IMG/VR virus record: IMGVR_UViG_3300009849_000002
Span: 1-29,346 of that record
DNA length: 29,346 nt
Source: a virus
Lineage: Duplodnaviria > Caudoviricetes
Reading direction: 5' to 3' (one strand)
Shown: positions 8,988-18,848 of the stretch, piece after piece
How positions within the stretch are numbered: position 1 is the first letter of the stretch
Layout: every line of letters begins with the position of its first letter
The notes under the pieces: generated by a model
Databases searched by the model: none
Seen by the model: only the letters and a program-made list of their open reading frames with translations
What the model was told of the DNA's origin: nothing
Made by a program: the position numbers and the translations under genes

Positions 8988-9356
8988 ATGGCTCTAGACT
9001 TATCGGCAACAGCTAAAAAACTAATCAGGTCACTGGCTGGAAAGTCTGAGGATTTGCTATTTTATCGCGTTAGAAAAACTGATGCCGTGATTGATGCCAA
9101 TACAGGAGCCATTACAACCCCAGCAACTGTAAAAAAAACAGAAATGGACGGAGCGCTAACAAACTTTAGCCAGTCGCTGGTTAATGGTCAAAATGTGTTA
9201 ACCGGCGACCTAAAGCTGATTTGCTCTGCTGACTTTGATTATCTTGTTGGCGATTATGTTGAGGTCTATGGGCGGAATTATGCAATAGTTAATCCAAAAC
9301 AAATAAATCACGCTGGCGTTGTCCAGTGCTGGATTTTGCAGTTGAGACCGATGTAA
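8988..9356 (+). CDS. Head closure / head-tail joining protein
   Basis: 122 aa, VNGQNVLTGDLKL and C-terminal WILQLR motifs; neck position. Confidence 0.75.
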   Translation: MALDLSATAKKLIRSLAGKSEDLLFYRVRKTDAVIDANTGAITTPATVKKTEMDGALTNFSQSLVNGQNVLTGDLKLICSADFDYLVGDYVEVYGRNYAIVNPKQINHAGVVQCWILQLRPM

Positions 9357-9814
9357 TGAGCTTTGCTGACGAGCTAAAGAAAGAGGCTGACGCAATAAGA
9401 AAAGCTCATGAAGAGGTGGTAAAGGTTGTCGCAATTACCGCTTTCAACTCTGCGATCACTTCAAGCCCTGTCGGGAATCCTGATTTATGGAAGAATTCGC
9501 CGCCTCCTGGATATGTTGGTGGGGCTTTCAGAAGCAACTTTTATTTAACATTTAATAATCCATCCACTGAATGGGATCCGTCAAAAGTAAGCGAGTATCA
9601 AAAAACGCTTGAGCATGTTGGCGGAATAGCAACGTCTGATTACAAAGCTCGGTACATATTGTCAAACAACGCCCCGTACGGACAAAGACTAGAGAATGGC
9701 TGGTCCAGTCAAAGCCCTGCAGGAAATATTATTCAAAAGTCCGTTTCATTGGCAGAATCAAATATTTCAAAATTCACCAAAACTGCATATAAAAAATATG
9801 GAGTTAGATCATAA
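9356..9814 (+). CDS. Neck protein (HK97 gp10-like)
   Basis: SPVGNPDLWK, YVGGAFRSNF, NNAPYGQRLENGWSSQSP motifs; ATG 9356 overlaps upstream TAA. Confidence 0.85.
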   Translation: MSFADELKKEADAIRKAHEEVVKVVAITAFNSAITSSPVGNPDLWKNSPPPGYVGGAFRSNFYLTFNNPSTEWDPSKVSEYQKTLEHVGGIATSDYKARYILSNNAPYGQRLENGWSSQSPAGNIIQKSVSLAESNISKFTKTAYKKYGVRS

Positions 9815-10233
9815 TGTACTCAGAATTAAACACGATCATAAGAACTAAGATTAACTCATTGGTTGCCACATACTCAGAAGATACACTTCCTATCTATCAC
9901 TTTGGCGACCAGACAGAAGATATTGAAGGCGCTCACATAATGTGTAGTTATCACACTAACGAGCCTAATAGTGAAGAAGTTGGATTCTCAACATCACAGC
10001 AATTGACAGGTTATATAATGGTTGGAGTGCTGCTTCCAACTGCTGATAACGCGTTGGCATATGCTTCTAGCTTAATCTCATCACAAATATATAATCACTT
10101 TCAACGCAGCGCAGAAGTTACCGGAAATATCAAGTTTGAAATACTAAGCGTAACAAAGAACGATCCTATCCGTGATGGCGGATTTTTTGTTCAAAATTGC
10201 GTTGTTAATTTCCGTGCGTTTTATGTGATATAA
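9814..10233 (+). CDS. Tail terminator / tail completion protein
   Basis: 139 aa between neck and tail tube genes; C-terminal VNFRAF strand; called mainly by position. Confidence 0.65.
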   Translation: MYSELNTIIRTKINSLVATYSEDTLPIYHFGDQTEDIEGAHIMCSYHTNEPNSEEVGFSTSQQLTGYIMVGVLLPTADNALAYASSLISSQIYNHFQRSAEVTGNIKFEILSVTKNDPIRDGGFFVQNCVVNFRAFYVI

Positions 10234-10234
10234 T
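10226..10234 (+). promoter_or_regulatory. Putative extended -10 promoter upstream of tail tube gene
   Basis: TGaTATAAT about 33 nt upstream of ATG 10267. Confidence 0.5.
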
Positions 10235-10266
10235 CCATTTGTTAGCTAACACATAGAGGATTTGAA

Positions 10267-11457
10267 ATGACCAGACCAGCAACAGCGAATGCAACCGCAT
10301 TATATTATTGCGTTCAAACAGTAGAAGGTGCATTGCCTGCATCTCCAGTATTCAAAAAGCTACCATTTACCGGCGGTGTTCCCGCGATTAGCCGTGACAC
10401 ATTAACATCAAGCGTTTTGGATGGAACCCCAGAAGTAACCGGTATCCGTCTTGGATCATATCAAGTGGCTGCTGAGGCTGGTGTTGAGCTTAAGTATGAA
10501 GTTCATGATGACTTTATTGCCGCTGCTTTGCAATCATCTTGGGTTGACAATGCGGCAACAGCAAGCGGATCTGTAACAATCGATCAAACAGCTAAAACAG
10601 CCGTGTTTGCTGGATCCGATTTAACCAGTGATATTTCAGTCGGTGACATTATCGCGTTTCCATCAATGACAGAAACGTATAACCAGGGGCCGCATCTTGT
10701 AACTGATATCTCATTCTCTACTGACACAACAATCACGCTAGGTGCTGCCGTTGAATATGATGAAGTATTGGGTCGCGATGGGCTTAAAGATGAAACCGCA
10801 ACTACTGTAATCAATATCAATTCTACGTGCTCAGTAGGCACTACACGGACTTATATTGCCTTGCTTGCAGTTTATACAGACTTAGAAGCAGGCACATCAT
10901 ACGACCTCACAATGGACGCAGAAGTAACCGGATTTAGTTTTAACGTTGCTGTTAACTCTCTTGTGACCGGTACTTTCTCACTAATCGGTAAATCATACAG
11001 CGGGAATACCTCGCTCCCAGTCGGAGCCACGCTAGAAGATGTCACAAACTATCCGTCTTATACTGGTATCGATGGTTGTCTGTTTAAAGATGGTGAACGT
11101 GTTCGATTGTCTACCAGTGCCGATATCACACTCGATCGCAATGCTTCGCCAGTTTATGAATTGTGTTCAAAATACATTTCTCACATCAGTTATGAAAAAG
11201 TCACAAACACGGTGGCAATTTCAACGTACTTCACTGATTACGAAATCGAAACTCAATTCCTGAATGAAGTAACGGCGGCGTATGTAATCATGCTTCGATT
11301 AGACGGCAAAGCTTTAGCGTTTAGCTATCCATCAGCGTTAATTACGGAAGCGCCTAAAGACGTATCAACAGGTGACATTACCATTTCAGCTAGCCTGCAG
11401 GGCTATAAAGCTGACGGTGTTTCTTCATCATTAATCATGAGAAAGGTAAGTGCATAA
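10267..11457 (+). CDS. Major tail tube protein
   Basis: 396 aa; PASPVFKKLPFTG, DDFIAAALQSSW, VTGTFSLIGK motifs of the Phage_tube_2-like family; strong RBS. Confidence 0.88.
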   Translation: MTRPATANATALYYCVQTVEGALPASPVFKKLPFTGGVPAISRDTLTSSVLDGTPEVTGIRLGSYQVAAEAGVELKYEVHDDFIAAALQSSWVDNAATASGSVTIDQTAKTAVFAGSDLTSDISVGDIIAFPSMTETYNQGPHLVTDISFSTDTTITLGAAVEYDEVLGRDGLKDETATTVININSTCSVGTTRTYIALLAVYTDLEAGTSYDLTMDAEVTGFSFNVAVNSLVTGTFSLIGKSYSGNTSLPVGATLEDVTNYPSYTGIDGCLFKDGERVRLSTSADITLDRNASPVYELCSKYISHISYEKVTNTVAISTYFTDYEIETQFLNEVTAAYVIMLRLDGKALAFSYPSALITEAPKDVSTGDITISASLQGYKADGVSSSLIMRKVSA

Positions 11458-11828
11458 TGGAATTGACTTTAGATTCACTCGACTATTCAACTGGTGAGCT
11501 AAAGGTAAGTGGTAAGGTGATTGTGATCACCTCATCACTAAACCCAAAAGCGATAAAGGCCAGTTCAAAATTCAATGCAGCCATTGATTATGCAAAAGAA
11601 AATGATATCGAGTTATACGCTACTGAGGATATCGAAGGAATTCCAATCAGGGTTGTTAACGAACAATACAAAAAACTAAATAGCATGCTTGCTATCTCAA
11701 TGGTTAGCGAGTGGCCTTTTGATGATGACATGAAAGAAACTCTTTTGGAAAATCAGGATATTTGCAATGCAATACAAAACGCGGCAAATAGACTAGCAGA
11801 GGATTTTCTCAAAAAAAAAGACAGCTAA
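11457..11828 (+). CDS. Tail assembly chaperone (lambda gpG analogue)
   Basis: Between tail tube and tape measure; VSEWPF motif; ends in an A9G slippery run. Confidence 0.82.
   Translation: MELTLDSLDYSTGELKVSGKVIVITSSLNPKAIKASSKFNAAIDYAKENDIELYATEDIEGIPIRVVNEQYKKLNSMLAISMVSEWPFDDDMKETLLENQDICNAIQNAANRLAEDFLKKKDS
11811..11820 (+). other. Programmed -1 ribosomal frameshift site
   Basis: AAAAAAAAAG contains the heptamer A AAA AAA; the -1 frame is open (RQLIEHAAKSYYLN) into the ORF at 11861. Confidence 0.82.
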
Positions 11829-12160
11829 TTGAACATGCTGCCAAGAGTTATTATCTAAACATGAAACAAAAAAGCGGTTCAACCAGACGCGAGGAGTTGA
11901 CCGCTTTATTCAAAATTGGCGCAAATGTTGGCAATCAATTAAAAGTACCACAACCACCTATTGAGTTCGGATATCTAATCAAATATCACTCTGACATATC
12001 TCTATCATGTGATGTAACGCCTCAATCAATTCATTACTACGCATCCTTAAATGAAATCGAATTAAATCATATCGAGGTTGATGTTATAATTACCTTAGAA
12101 ACAGTCAGGGTGCTTGCAATTCGCGGCTTGTCTCCTGACAAAATTATGGAGATCGTTTAA
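11819..12160 (+). CDS. Tail assembly chaperone frameshift extension (lambda gpGT analogue)
   Basis: In the -1 frame relative to the chaperone; no clear RBS before ATG 11861; PPIEFGYLIKY and IELNHIEVDVIITLE motifs. Confidence 0.78.
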   Translation, partial: RQLIEHAAKSYYLNMKQKSGSTRREELTALFKIGANVGNQLKVPQPPIEFGYLIKYHSDISLSCDVTPQSIHYYASLNEIELNHIEVDVIITLETVRVLAIRGLSPDKIMEIV

Positions 12161-14734
12161 ATGGCTCAACTAGTAATTGATGTTAGTGATAACAACTCAA
12201 TAAGCACTGCTGATGACAAGCTACAGTTATTGACGAAAACTGGTAAAAAAACAGAAAAGCAAATAAAAAACATAGGAGATGAATCGGTTGAGTCATTTGG
12301 CGCATCAGCCAAGAGCGTGGCGACAATGGCAGCAAAAACAATTGTTGCTTACGGAGTTATAAGCAAACTATCTCAAGTTGTAAAATCATCTGTAGTTACT
12401 CAATCTAGATTTGAACAAAGCATGGCTGATTTATCAGCTATTACAGGGGCTACTGGTGATGATTTGAAATATCTTTCAGATCAAGCAAAGATAATGGGTG
12501 AAACAACCCAATACACAGCGTCACAAGCTGCTGACGCCTTCAAGTTAGTCGCGTCAGCAAAGCCGGACTTACTTGAAAACGCAAGCGCAATGTCAGAAGT
12601 AACTAAGCAGGTATTAATACTCGCTCAGGCTGCAGGATCTGATTTAACAGAATCTGCAGAAACAGTAGGGTCAGCACTAAACCAGTTTGGTGCTAATGCA
12701 GATGAGGCGGCAAGATTTGTTAACGTCTTGGCTGCTGGCTCAAAATATGGCGCATCAGAAGTTAATGACACATCAATTGCGCTTAAAAATGCTGGTGTTT
12801 CTGCTGCCAGTGCTGGCGTATCATTCGAGGAAACAAATGCGGCAATACAGGTACTTGCAACAAATGCAATAAAAGGCGGAGAAGCTGGTACAGCGCTAAG
12901 AAATATCATACTTAAACTTGAAACATCAACAGATAAAAAGTTAAAACCTTCAATTAACGGACTGTCTGGAGCTTTAAAAAATCTAAATGATACACAGCCA
13001 ACATCAACAAGCCTGGTCAATCTTTTTGGATTAGAGAACGTAAATGCTGCAACTGCAATATTGAAAAACGTAGAAAATCTTAATGAGATGACGGTTAAAC
13101 TTACTGGCACTAACACTGCAATGGAACAGGCATCAGTAAGAACAAACACTCTCGAGGGTGACTATAAAAAACTACAATCTTCAATCGAAGGAACCCAAAT
13201 AACAATTGGCGAAAAAATGAATCCCGCTATGAGGTTCCTTTCTCAATATACAACCGAGGCCTCTGATAGATTAAATTATTTGTTAAAAGCAATGAATGAG
13301 GGTAGTAAAGAACAGTTATCGGAACGATTAGTTGAGCTTCACAAAGAGATATTCCAGCTTGATAAGGATATATCTGATAACGAAACAGCTTTTGGAAGGC
13401 TTGGTAATGTTTTAAGTTTTACGTCAACTGATAGTGATTATTTAAAGAAAAAAGTCGCAGCGCTAAGGGAGGAGTATGCTGCCATACAAAAACAAATAGA
13501 GTCTTTAAACAAAACACAAAAAGAGTCATCAGAAACAACAACAACTACAACCACAACAACAACTCCAACCACGAATATAGAAGAAGAGCTAACCAAAAAA
13601 CAAAAAGATCAGATAGCAAAAAGAATTGAAAATCTTAAAGAAAGCCTAATGACACAGGAAGAACTTGCTGCCAGTAGTTTGGATAAAAGACTTGCTTTAA
13701 TAGACAAGTCAGAATTGAGTGAAAAAGAAAAATCAGATCTAACACTTGATGTTTGGGTTGATTATTACGATAAACTTGATTCTTTACATACAGAAAGAAA
13801 CAATAACCTTGATAGCGAGGCTCAATCTCTAAGAAACTCATTAGCTAATAAGAGAGAATTGTTAGATGAGGATTATGCAAAAAATAAAGAGCTGTTAGAC
13901 AGGGAAGTTATTGATGCGAGTGAGCGAACTGAATTAAAAAAACAACTAGATAAAAATTATTCAGAAGAAAAACAAAAGCTAAATGAAGAAGCCTATAAAA
14001 ATGCAAGCTACTTTAATAACTTAACAATATCTGCTTTGGACGATGTTTCAAACGCCGCTGGCTCTCTTGCTAGTGATTTAATAACTGGTACAGGAACTAT
14101 GGAGGACGCATTTAAGAGCTTGTCTCTGACAATAATTGATGAGGTTGTTGGATCGCTAGTTAAAGCAGGGATACAGCAAGTTAAAAACATGATTATTGGC
14201 GAGACAGTAACTAAAGCGCAAGAAGCAAACATAGCCACATTAACTGCGACTCAAAGCGCAGCAACAGCGGCAACAACCGCCGAACAGGTTGCGTCTGCAA
14301 GCACCGTTACTGCTGCCGCAGCTCCTGCTGCCGCAGCTACGTCAGTTTATTCGTGGGGTACTGCTGCTGCTATTGGCGGCGCTGCGTTTTTAGCAAGCAT
14401 GGCTCTAGCAAACCAGTTTAGAGCGCAAGGTGGTTCCGTTTCTTCCGGCTCTGCTTACGTGGTCGGTGAACGTGGTAGAGAAGTATTTGTTCCTGAAACC
14501 AATGGATCTATAATATCAAACAGCGACTTAACAAGCGGAAGCGGAACAAATCTAAATGTGAATGTTTATAATCAATCCGGCTCAAATGTTACAACTAAAC
14601 AAAATGCATCAGGCGGGGTTGATATTTACGTCACAAAAGAGCAATTACCGTCATTGATGACTAATATTCAGGCTGACCGTGACAGCACATTCACGCGCAC
14701 CCAGAAATCAATGAGACAGCAGGGGTTAATCTAA
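12161..14734 (+). CDS. Tail tape measure protein
   Basis: 857 aa Ala-rich helical protein; FEQSMADLSAITGAT and GGEAGTALRNI (TP901-type core); C-terminal RAQGGSV...YVVGERGREVFVP. Confidence 0.95.
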   Translation: MAQLVIDVSDNNSISTADDKLQLLTKTGKKTEKQIKNIGDESVESFGASAKSVATMAAKTIVAYGVISKLSQVVKSSVVTQSRFEQSMADLSAITGATGDDLKYLSDQAKIMGETTQYTASQAADAFKLVASAKPDLLENASAMSEVTKQVLILAQAAGSDLTESAETVGSALNQFGANADEAARFVNVLAAGSKYGASEVNDTSIALKNAGVSAASAGVSFEETNAAIQVLATNAIKGGEAGTALRNIILKLETSTDKKLKPSINGLSGALKNLNDTQPTSTSLVNLFGLENVNAATAILKNVENLNEMTVKLTGTNTAMEQASVRTNTLEGDYKKLQSSIEGTQITIGEKMNPAMRFLSQYTTEASDRLNYLLKAMNEGSKEQLSERLVELHKEIFQLDKDISDNETAFGRLGNVLSFTSTDSDYLKKKVAALREEYAAIQKQIESLNKTQKESSETTTTTTTTTTPTTNIEEELTKKQKDQIAKRIENLKESLMTQEELAASSLDKRLALIDKSELSEKEKSDLTLDVWVDYYDKLDSLHTERNNNLDSEAQSLRNSLANKRELLDEDYAKNKELLDREVIDASERTELKKQLDKNYSEEKQKLNEEAYKNASYFNNLTISALDDVSNAAGSLASDLITGTGTMEDAFKSLSLTIIDEVVGSLVKAGIQQVKNMIIGETVTKAQEANIATLTATQSAATAATTAEQVASASTVTAAAAPAAAATSVYSWGTAAAIGGAAFLASMALANQFRAQGGSVSSGSAYVVGERGREVFVPETNGSIISNSDLTSGSGTNLNVNVYNQSGSNVTTKQNASGGVDIYVTKEQLPSLMTNIQADRDSTFTRTQKSMRQQGLI
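13535..13573 (+). repeat. ACN codon run encoding a poly-Thr linker in the tape measure protein
   Basis: Ten consecutive Thr codons followed by PTT. Confidence 0.8.
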
Positions 14735-15228
14735 TGCTTACAGGTGATACAAGCGAACTAGATACATTGATGTATGCAGGAAATTTAAAACTACCAGAGC
14801 GTGATTCATACTCTGTAACAATGCCAGACGGGGTAACTCGATCTTCTTTGGATGGTGGATTACCAAAACTTCAAATTCAATTTCTTAACCAACCTTACGC
14901 TGTTGGCTGTACGTACAAAATGCTATCAGAGTTTGAATCAGCATTCATGGAGACATTCTTTAAAAAGAACCGATATAAACGATTCATAGTTTATCTGTTA
15001 ATTGGCAGTACCGAGCTAGAACCATTTGTTGTGCAACTTGATAGTGTCCCATCTGTAACAAAAACAGGGTTTAGCGGTAGTGTTACAGTAACATATCAGG
15101 TTTATCCTGCTGTCGATCGTGAATATGAACAATTTATTTATGACTTCGGGATGCTTTACGAAAATCCAGTTGAAATGTTTGATATTTTTGATATAGCGGT
15201 GAAATCATGGCCTACAGCGAGCAACTAA
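14734..15228 (+). CDS. Distal tail / minor tail protein
   Basis: Directly after tape measure; PERDSYSV...GVTRSSLDGG motif. Confidence 0.72.
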   Translation: MLTGDTSELDTLMYAGNLKLPERDSYSVTMPDGVTRSSLDGGLPKLQIQFLNQPYAVGCTYKMLSEFESAFMETFFKKNRYKRFIVYLLIGSTELEPFVVQLDSVPSVTKTGFSGSVTVTYQVYPAVDREYEQFIYDFGMLYENPVEMFDIFDIAVKSWPTASN

Positions 15229-15725
15229 AAGAGATTATCGCGTCAGTAGCGATAGACAAATTCATTGTTGATGTTATTAAGTTTTCACATTCTGCATGGG
15301 ATCCGTTTTATATCACCACAAGATTAGAAACTGGAACAGAAATAGTTGATGAAGATGGTATTACACAAACTGTTGATTTCTTTCCTATGGAAATGTCTGA
15401 TGAATCTCAGGATGGATTGATTAAAAATGAGCGCACAATAACGGCTCAAGGATTTAATGATGTTATTGCGTACTATGAGGACCTTATTGATCCAGAAAGC
15501 GAAGAAAAGATACAGATTGATATTTACGGATATATTTCAAATGATGAAGGAGTTTTATCTAATGTTGAGATTGGACCGTATACTTACTATCTTAAAAAGA
15601 CATCATATTCACAGCAACATCAAGCGTGTGTAATGACGGTAAGCACAACACCAACAAATCTAACTAAAACAGGACGCCAATTCACAAAGACAAGGTTCTC
15701 AATGCTCGCCGGGTTTGATAAATGA
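15207..15725 (+). CDS. Minor tail protein (DUF1833-like)
   Basis: IKFSHSAW and NLTKTGRQFTKTRFSML motifs; tail tip position. Confidence 0.72.
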   Translation: MAYSEQLKEIIASVAIDKFIVDVIKFSHSAWDPFYITTRLETGTEIVDEDGITQTVDFFPMEMSDESQDGLIKNERTITAQGFNDVIAYYEDLIDPESEEKIQIDIYGYISNDEGVLSNVEIGPYTYYLKKTSYSQQHQACVMTVSTTPTNLTKTGRQFTKTRFSMLAGFDK

Positions 15726-16066
15726 TCGGCTACAAGAAAGATTACAACTGCTCTCAGCATGCTGTTAGTTTGATAAACAAATCATGTGGCGCTGAATTTA
15801 ATATCAGCGCCGGTGAAGAATGGCAAGTTGATTTTATAAGAATGCTAAGAGATAGATTCAAACCAATAAAAAAACCGAAAGAAAACTGTTTAGTGGTTAT
15901 GAATGACATGTCAGGAAGCTTTCATTTGGGCGTTTATCATGACTTTATGATTGAGCATAACTACAAACCGCTTTCGGGCAGCGGTCATGTTATAATGTCA
16001 GACATTGGAACGATTAGAAGTTTATTTAAGAGGGTGCGATTCTATGCCTATTGTAAAACTGTATAA
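15722..16066 (+). CDS. Tail tip assembly protein, NlpC/P60-like
   Basis: YNC, FHLGVY and IEHN give the Cys/His/His pattern; precedes the J-like gene. Confidence 0.72.
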   Translation: MIGYKKDYNCSQHAVSLINKSCGAEFNISAGEEWQVDFIRMLRDRFKPIKKPKENCLVVMNDMSGSFHLGVYHDFMIEHNYKPLSGSGHVIMSDIGTIRSLFKRVRFYAYCKTV

Positions 16067-18818
16067 AAATGAAGTTGATAGCGAGCTGATAGAAGTAGAA
16101 AGTATCGCAAAATGGTACATAGACAATAAAAACTTATGGCACGAAGGGTATCACTTATTTGAATCTTCTGTATCTCAAGACAAAGACATAACTCTTGATC
16201 GATTAGCCATAGAAAATGCAACTGATGTTATCGCATTAAAGCCAGCGGCTGGCGGGATTGGCGATGTAATTGCTGGTGCTGCTAATATCATTGTTGGCGC
16301 TACACTTCTAGCTGTTGAAGCAATAAGTACAATTGTAGGGTATCTAGCTCCATCCGTGTCAACATCGTATTCAGCCTCTTCAACAGGTTCGACAGCATCA
16401 ACATCGTCAACATCGTCAACTAACTCGTTGGGGAGCAGAGAAAACACACCAAACATAGCAGGTAGGAGCGATGATATATGGGGCACAGTAGCAAAACACA
16501 CACCACGATTGATCGGATATCCATTGCTTGAATTTGAAGATAACGTTGAAGTTGAAGTCTTTCCTCTTTACATTTCTGATGGCAAAGTTCAAATGTCAAA
16601 TGTAAGAGAAGGCGATACACCACTTTCGTCGATGGCTGGAGCTAAATTTAATGCATGGTATGAAGGTAATCCAAACGATGGCGACACGCCTGATTACACA
16701 ATCGGAGGTGAAATCGGAAAAGATATGCATGTAGTTAAATATTCAAGCGAATTATCAGAAGAGGAGCTTTTGCCGCCCAACGATCTCGCCCTTGGAACTG
16801 CTGCTGTATGGTCTATCGTTGGAAACGGAGATGGAACAGCAACTTTAACACTAACAAACTATTCAGCTCTTGATATTGACCTTGCTGATTATTTCACAGT
16901 GTCAGGCACATGTTCACTAATAGACGCATTCATCTCATACAGCGACGGAACGCAATTACTATATGATGATGTAGCAACGGAATATACATTCAATAAAAAT
17001 GTTTTAAATCTTTCTGGCGACTATACAATATCAAATGTAACAACAAACACAGTTACACTGTCTGGAATATCTCAAACATTCTCAAGCACTTCATTTTTAA
17101 CATCGTCATTTTTTACTGTATCAAATAGTCAAATAGATACATTTTATACAACAGATTCAGCCATTAATGATATAACATATTATTCTGACAATTTAGCTGC
17201 ATACCCTGTCACAGTGGTAAGTGGATCTTATACAGCAGATGTTGGTCAGTCACTGTCAAATATTTTAGGACCAATAACAATTTATAAAGACACAGAAACA
17301 GCATCATTTAATTTTGTTGCCTCAAGCGGATTTTACAAATATGTGAATACAACACTTAAAGCAGTAACCGCAACAATAAGAGTAACAATTCAGGAAACCG
17401 ATTCCGATGGAGTGGCAACTGGTAATTCATTTAGCAATGATTACACATTTGCATCAAACACATCCAGCACAACAAAACAAGCCGCATTAACTGTTAAAAT
17501 TGAAATTCCATACGCTTATTCTCGCGCATTGTGTCAAAGAATAACAAATAGAGACACATCTGACGGAGTTACAGCGATAGATAAAGTATATTGGCGCGAC
17601 CTATTCTTTTTGTCCACACCAGAAAATATCGACACCAACGATTGCACGATCGCAATGGTTGAAATCCCATCTAGTGTAGCCGCACGAGCTGAATCAAACA
17701 GATTAATCAATCTAACATGCACAAGAATATTTACTCCATATATTGGAGACGGTTTATTCGATACAGAGCAAGCGGTATCAACGTGGGCGGAAGTAATGAT
17801 CGGGCTGTGCCTTGATAAATACAATGGGCGTTTAAGTATTGAGCATGTTGATGCTGATCTATTGCTTGATATTCAGGACCAATTAACCACCTACTACGGA
17901 ACTAGTGATTTTGTTCAAATTGGATATGATTTGGACGATAACACATTAACGTTCCAAGATGTTTACACATTATTCTGTAGTGCGGTTTTGGTTAAGCCAT
18001 ACAGCCAGGGCGGTGTATTTAAAGCATATGCTGATATAGACAGAACAATATCAAGCAAGCAGTTTACTCACAGAAACAAAATTTCACAATCTGATAGCAG
18101 AGAAAGGGATTATCAAAAAGAATACGATGGCATCTCATTAACATACCGCTCAAATGACACTGGAAACAGTGAAACAATAGAGTTATATCTGGATGGGATC
18201 TCAGGAACAAACTTAGATCAAATTACATTATCTGCGGCAGTTAATGAAACTCAAGCAACAATTCAGGCTTACAGAGCTTTGAATATTCTCAAATACAAAC
18301 GTGATACATTTTCATTCAAAGCTGATGGGGTTGCTCATTTAACAGTAACCGGTGAGAGAGTTGATAATGTTGATTATTCCCGTATTGTGTACCGGGAAGG
18401 ATTTACAGATGATAGCGGCTTAGGAGACTTAAATAAATATCGTATTTACTCTGGATTTGTTGAAGATGCTGATGGATTGACATTAACACTATCAGAACCT
18501 GTGTTTTTCCGCGACGACGAAACGCACACAATTAGATTGACAGCTAAAAATGGAGATTTGCTTGAGGCTATTGAATGTCAACCTGGATTAACCAGTTATC
18601 ATGTAATTCTTGACGAAACTCCATCACAAGAAATTTACGTGGGCTACGAAATGGAAAAAACAACATACACACTTGCACCAGATTTGGATCGTGATGCTAT
18701 GCCAATGGTAATTCAAACACTAACAAGCGGCACAGACAATGGAACGAAAATAAAAACAATCACCGGTTATAACTACGATTCACGTTATTATCAAAATGAT
18801 AAAGATTTTGCTGTATAA
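16044..18818 (+). CDS. Central tail tip / host specificity protein (TipJ-like)
   Basis: About 924 aa; NSLGSREN, DDIWGTV, FTHRNK, YDGISLTY, NYDSRYYQND motifs; ATG 16044 follows gagggt RBS. Confidence 0.87.
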   Translation: MPIVKLYKNEVDSELIEVESIAKWYIDNKNLWHEGYHLFESSVSQDKDITLDRLAIENATDVIALKPAAGGIGDVIAGAANIIVGATLLAVEAISTIVGYLAPSVSTSYSASSTGSTASTSSTSSTNSLGSRENTPNIAGRSDDIWGTVAKHTPRLIGYPLLEFEDNVEVEVFPLYISDGKVQMSNVREGDTPLSSMAGAKFNAWYEGNPNDGDTPDYTIGGEIGKDMHVVKYSSELSEEELLPPNDLALGTAAVWSIVGNGDGTATLTLTNYSALDIDLADYFTVSGTCSLIDAFISYSDGTQLLYDDVATEYTFNKNVLNLSGDYTISNVTTNTVTLSGISQTFSSTSFLTSSFFTVSNSQIDTFYTTDSAINDITYYSDNLAAYPVTVVSGSYTADVGQSLSNILGPITIYKDTETASFNFVASSGFYKYVNTTLKAVTATIRVTIQETDSDGVATGNSFSNDYTFASNTSSTTKQAALTVKIEIPYAYSRALCQRITNRDTSDGVTAIDKVYWRDLFFLSTPENIDTNDCTIAMVEIPSSVAARAESNRLINLTCTRIFTPYIGDGLFDTEQAVSTWAEVMIGLCLDKYNGRLSIEHVDADLLLDIQDQLTTYYGTSDFVQIGYDLDDNTLTFQDVYTLFCSAVLVKPYSQGGVFKAYADIDRTISSKQFTHRNKISQSDSRERDYQKEYDGISLTYRSNDTGNSETIELYLDGISGTNLDQITLSAAVNETQATIQAYRALNILKYKRDTFSFKADGVAHLTVTGERVDNVDYSRIVYREGFTDDSGLGDLNKYRIYSGFVEDADGLTLTLSEPVFFRDDETHTIRLTAKNGDLLEAIECQPGLTSYHVILDETPSQEIYVGYEMEKTTYTLAPDLDRDAMPMVIQTLTSGTDNGTKIKTITGYNYDSRYYQNDKDFAV

Positions 18819-18848
18819 TGCTAATAATGCAGAAATGAGGGTTTATAA

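Noticed and set aside
16398-16420. 9-bp tandem repeat CAACATCGT in TipJ
   Set aside because: Only about two and a half copies in a Ser/Thr linker; in frame and not a plausible phase-variation switch
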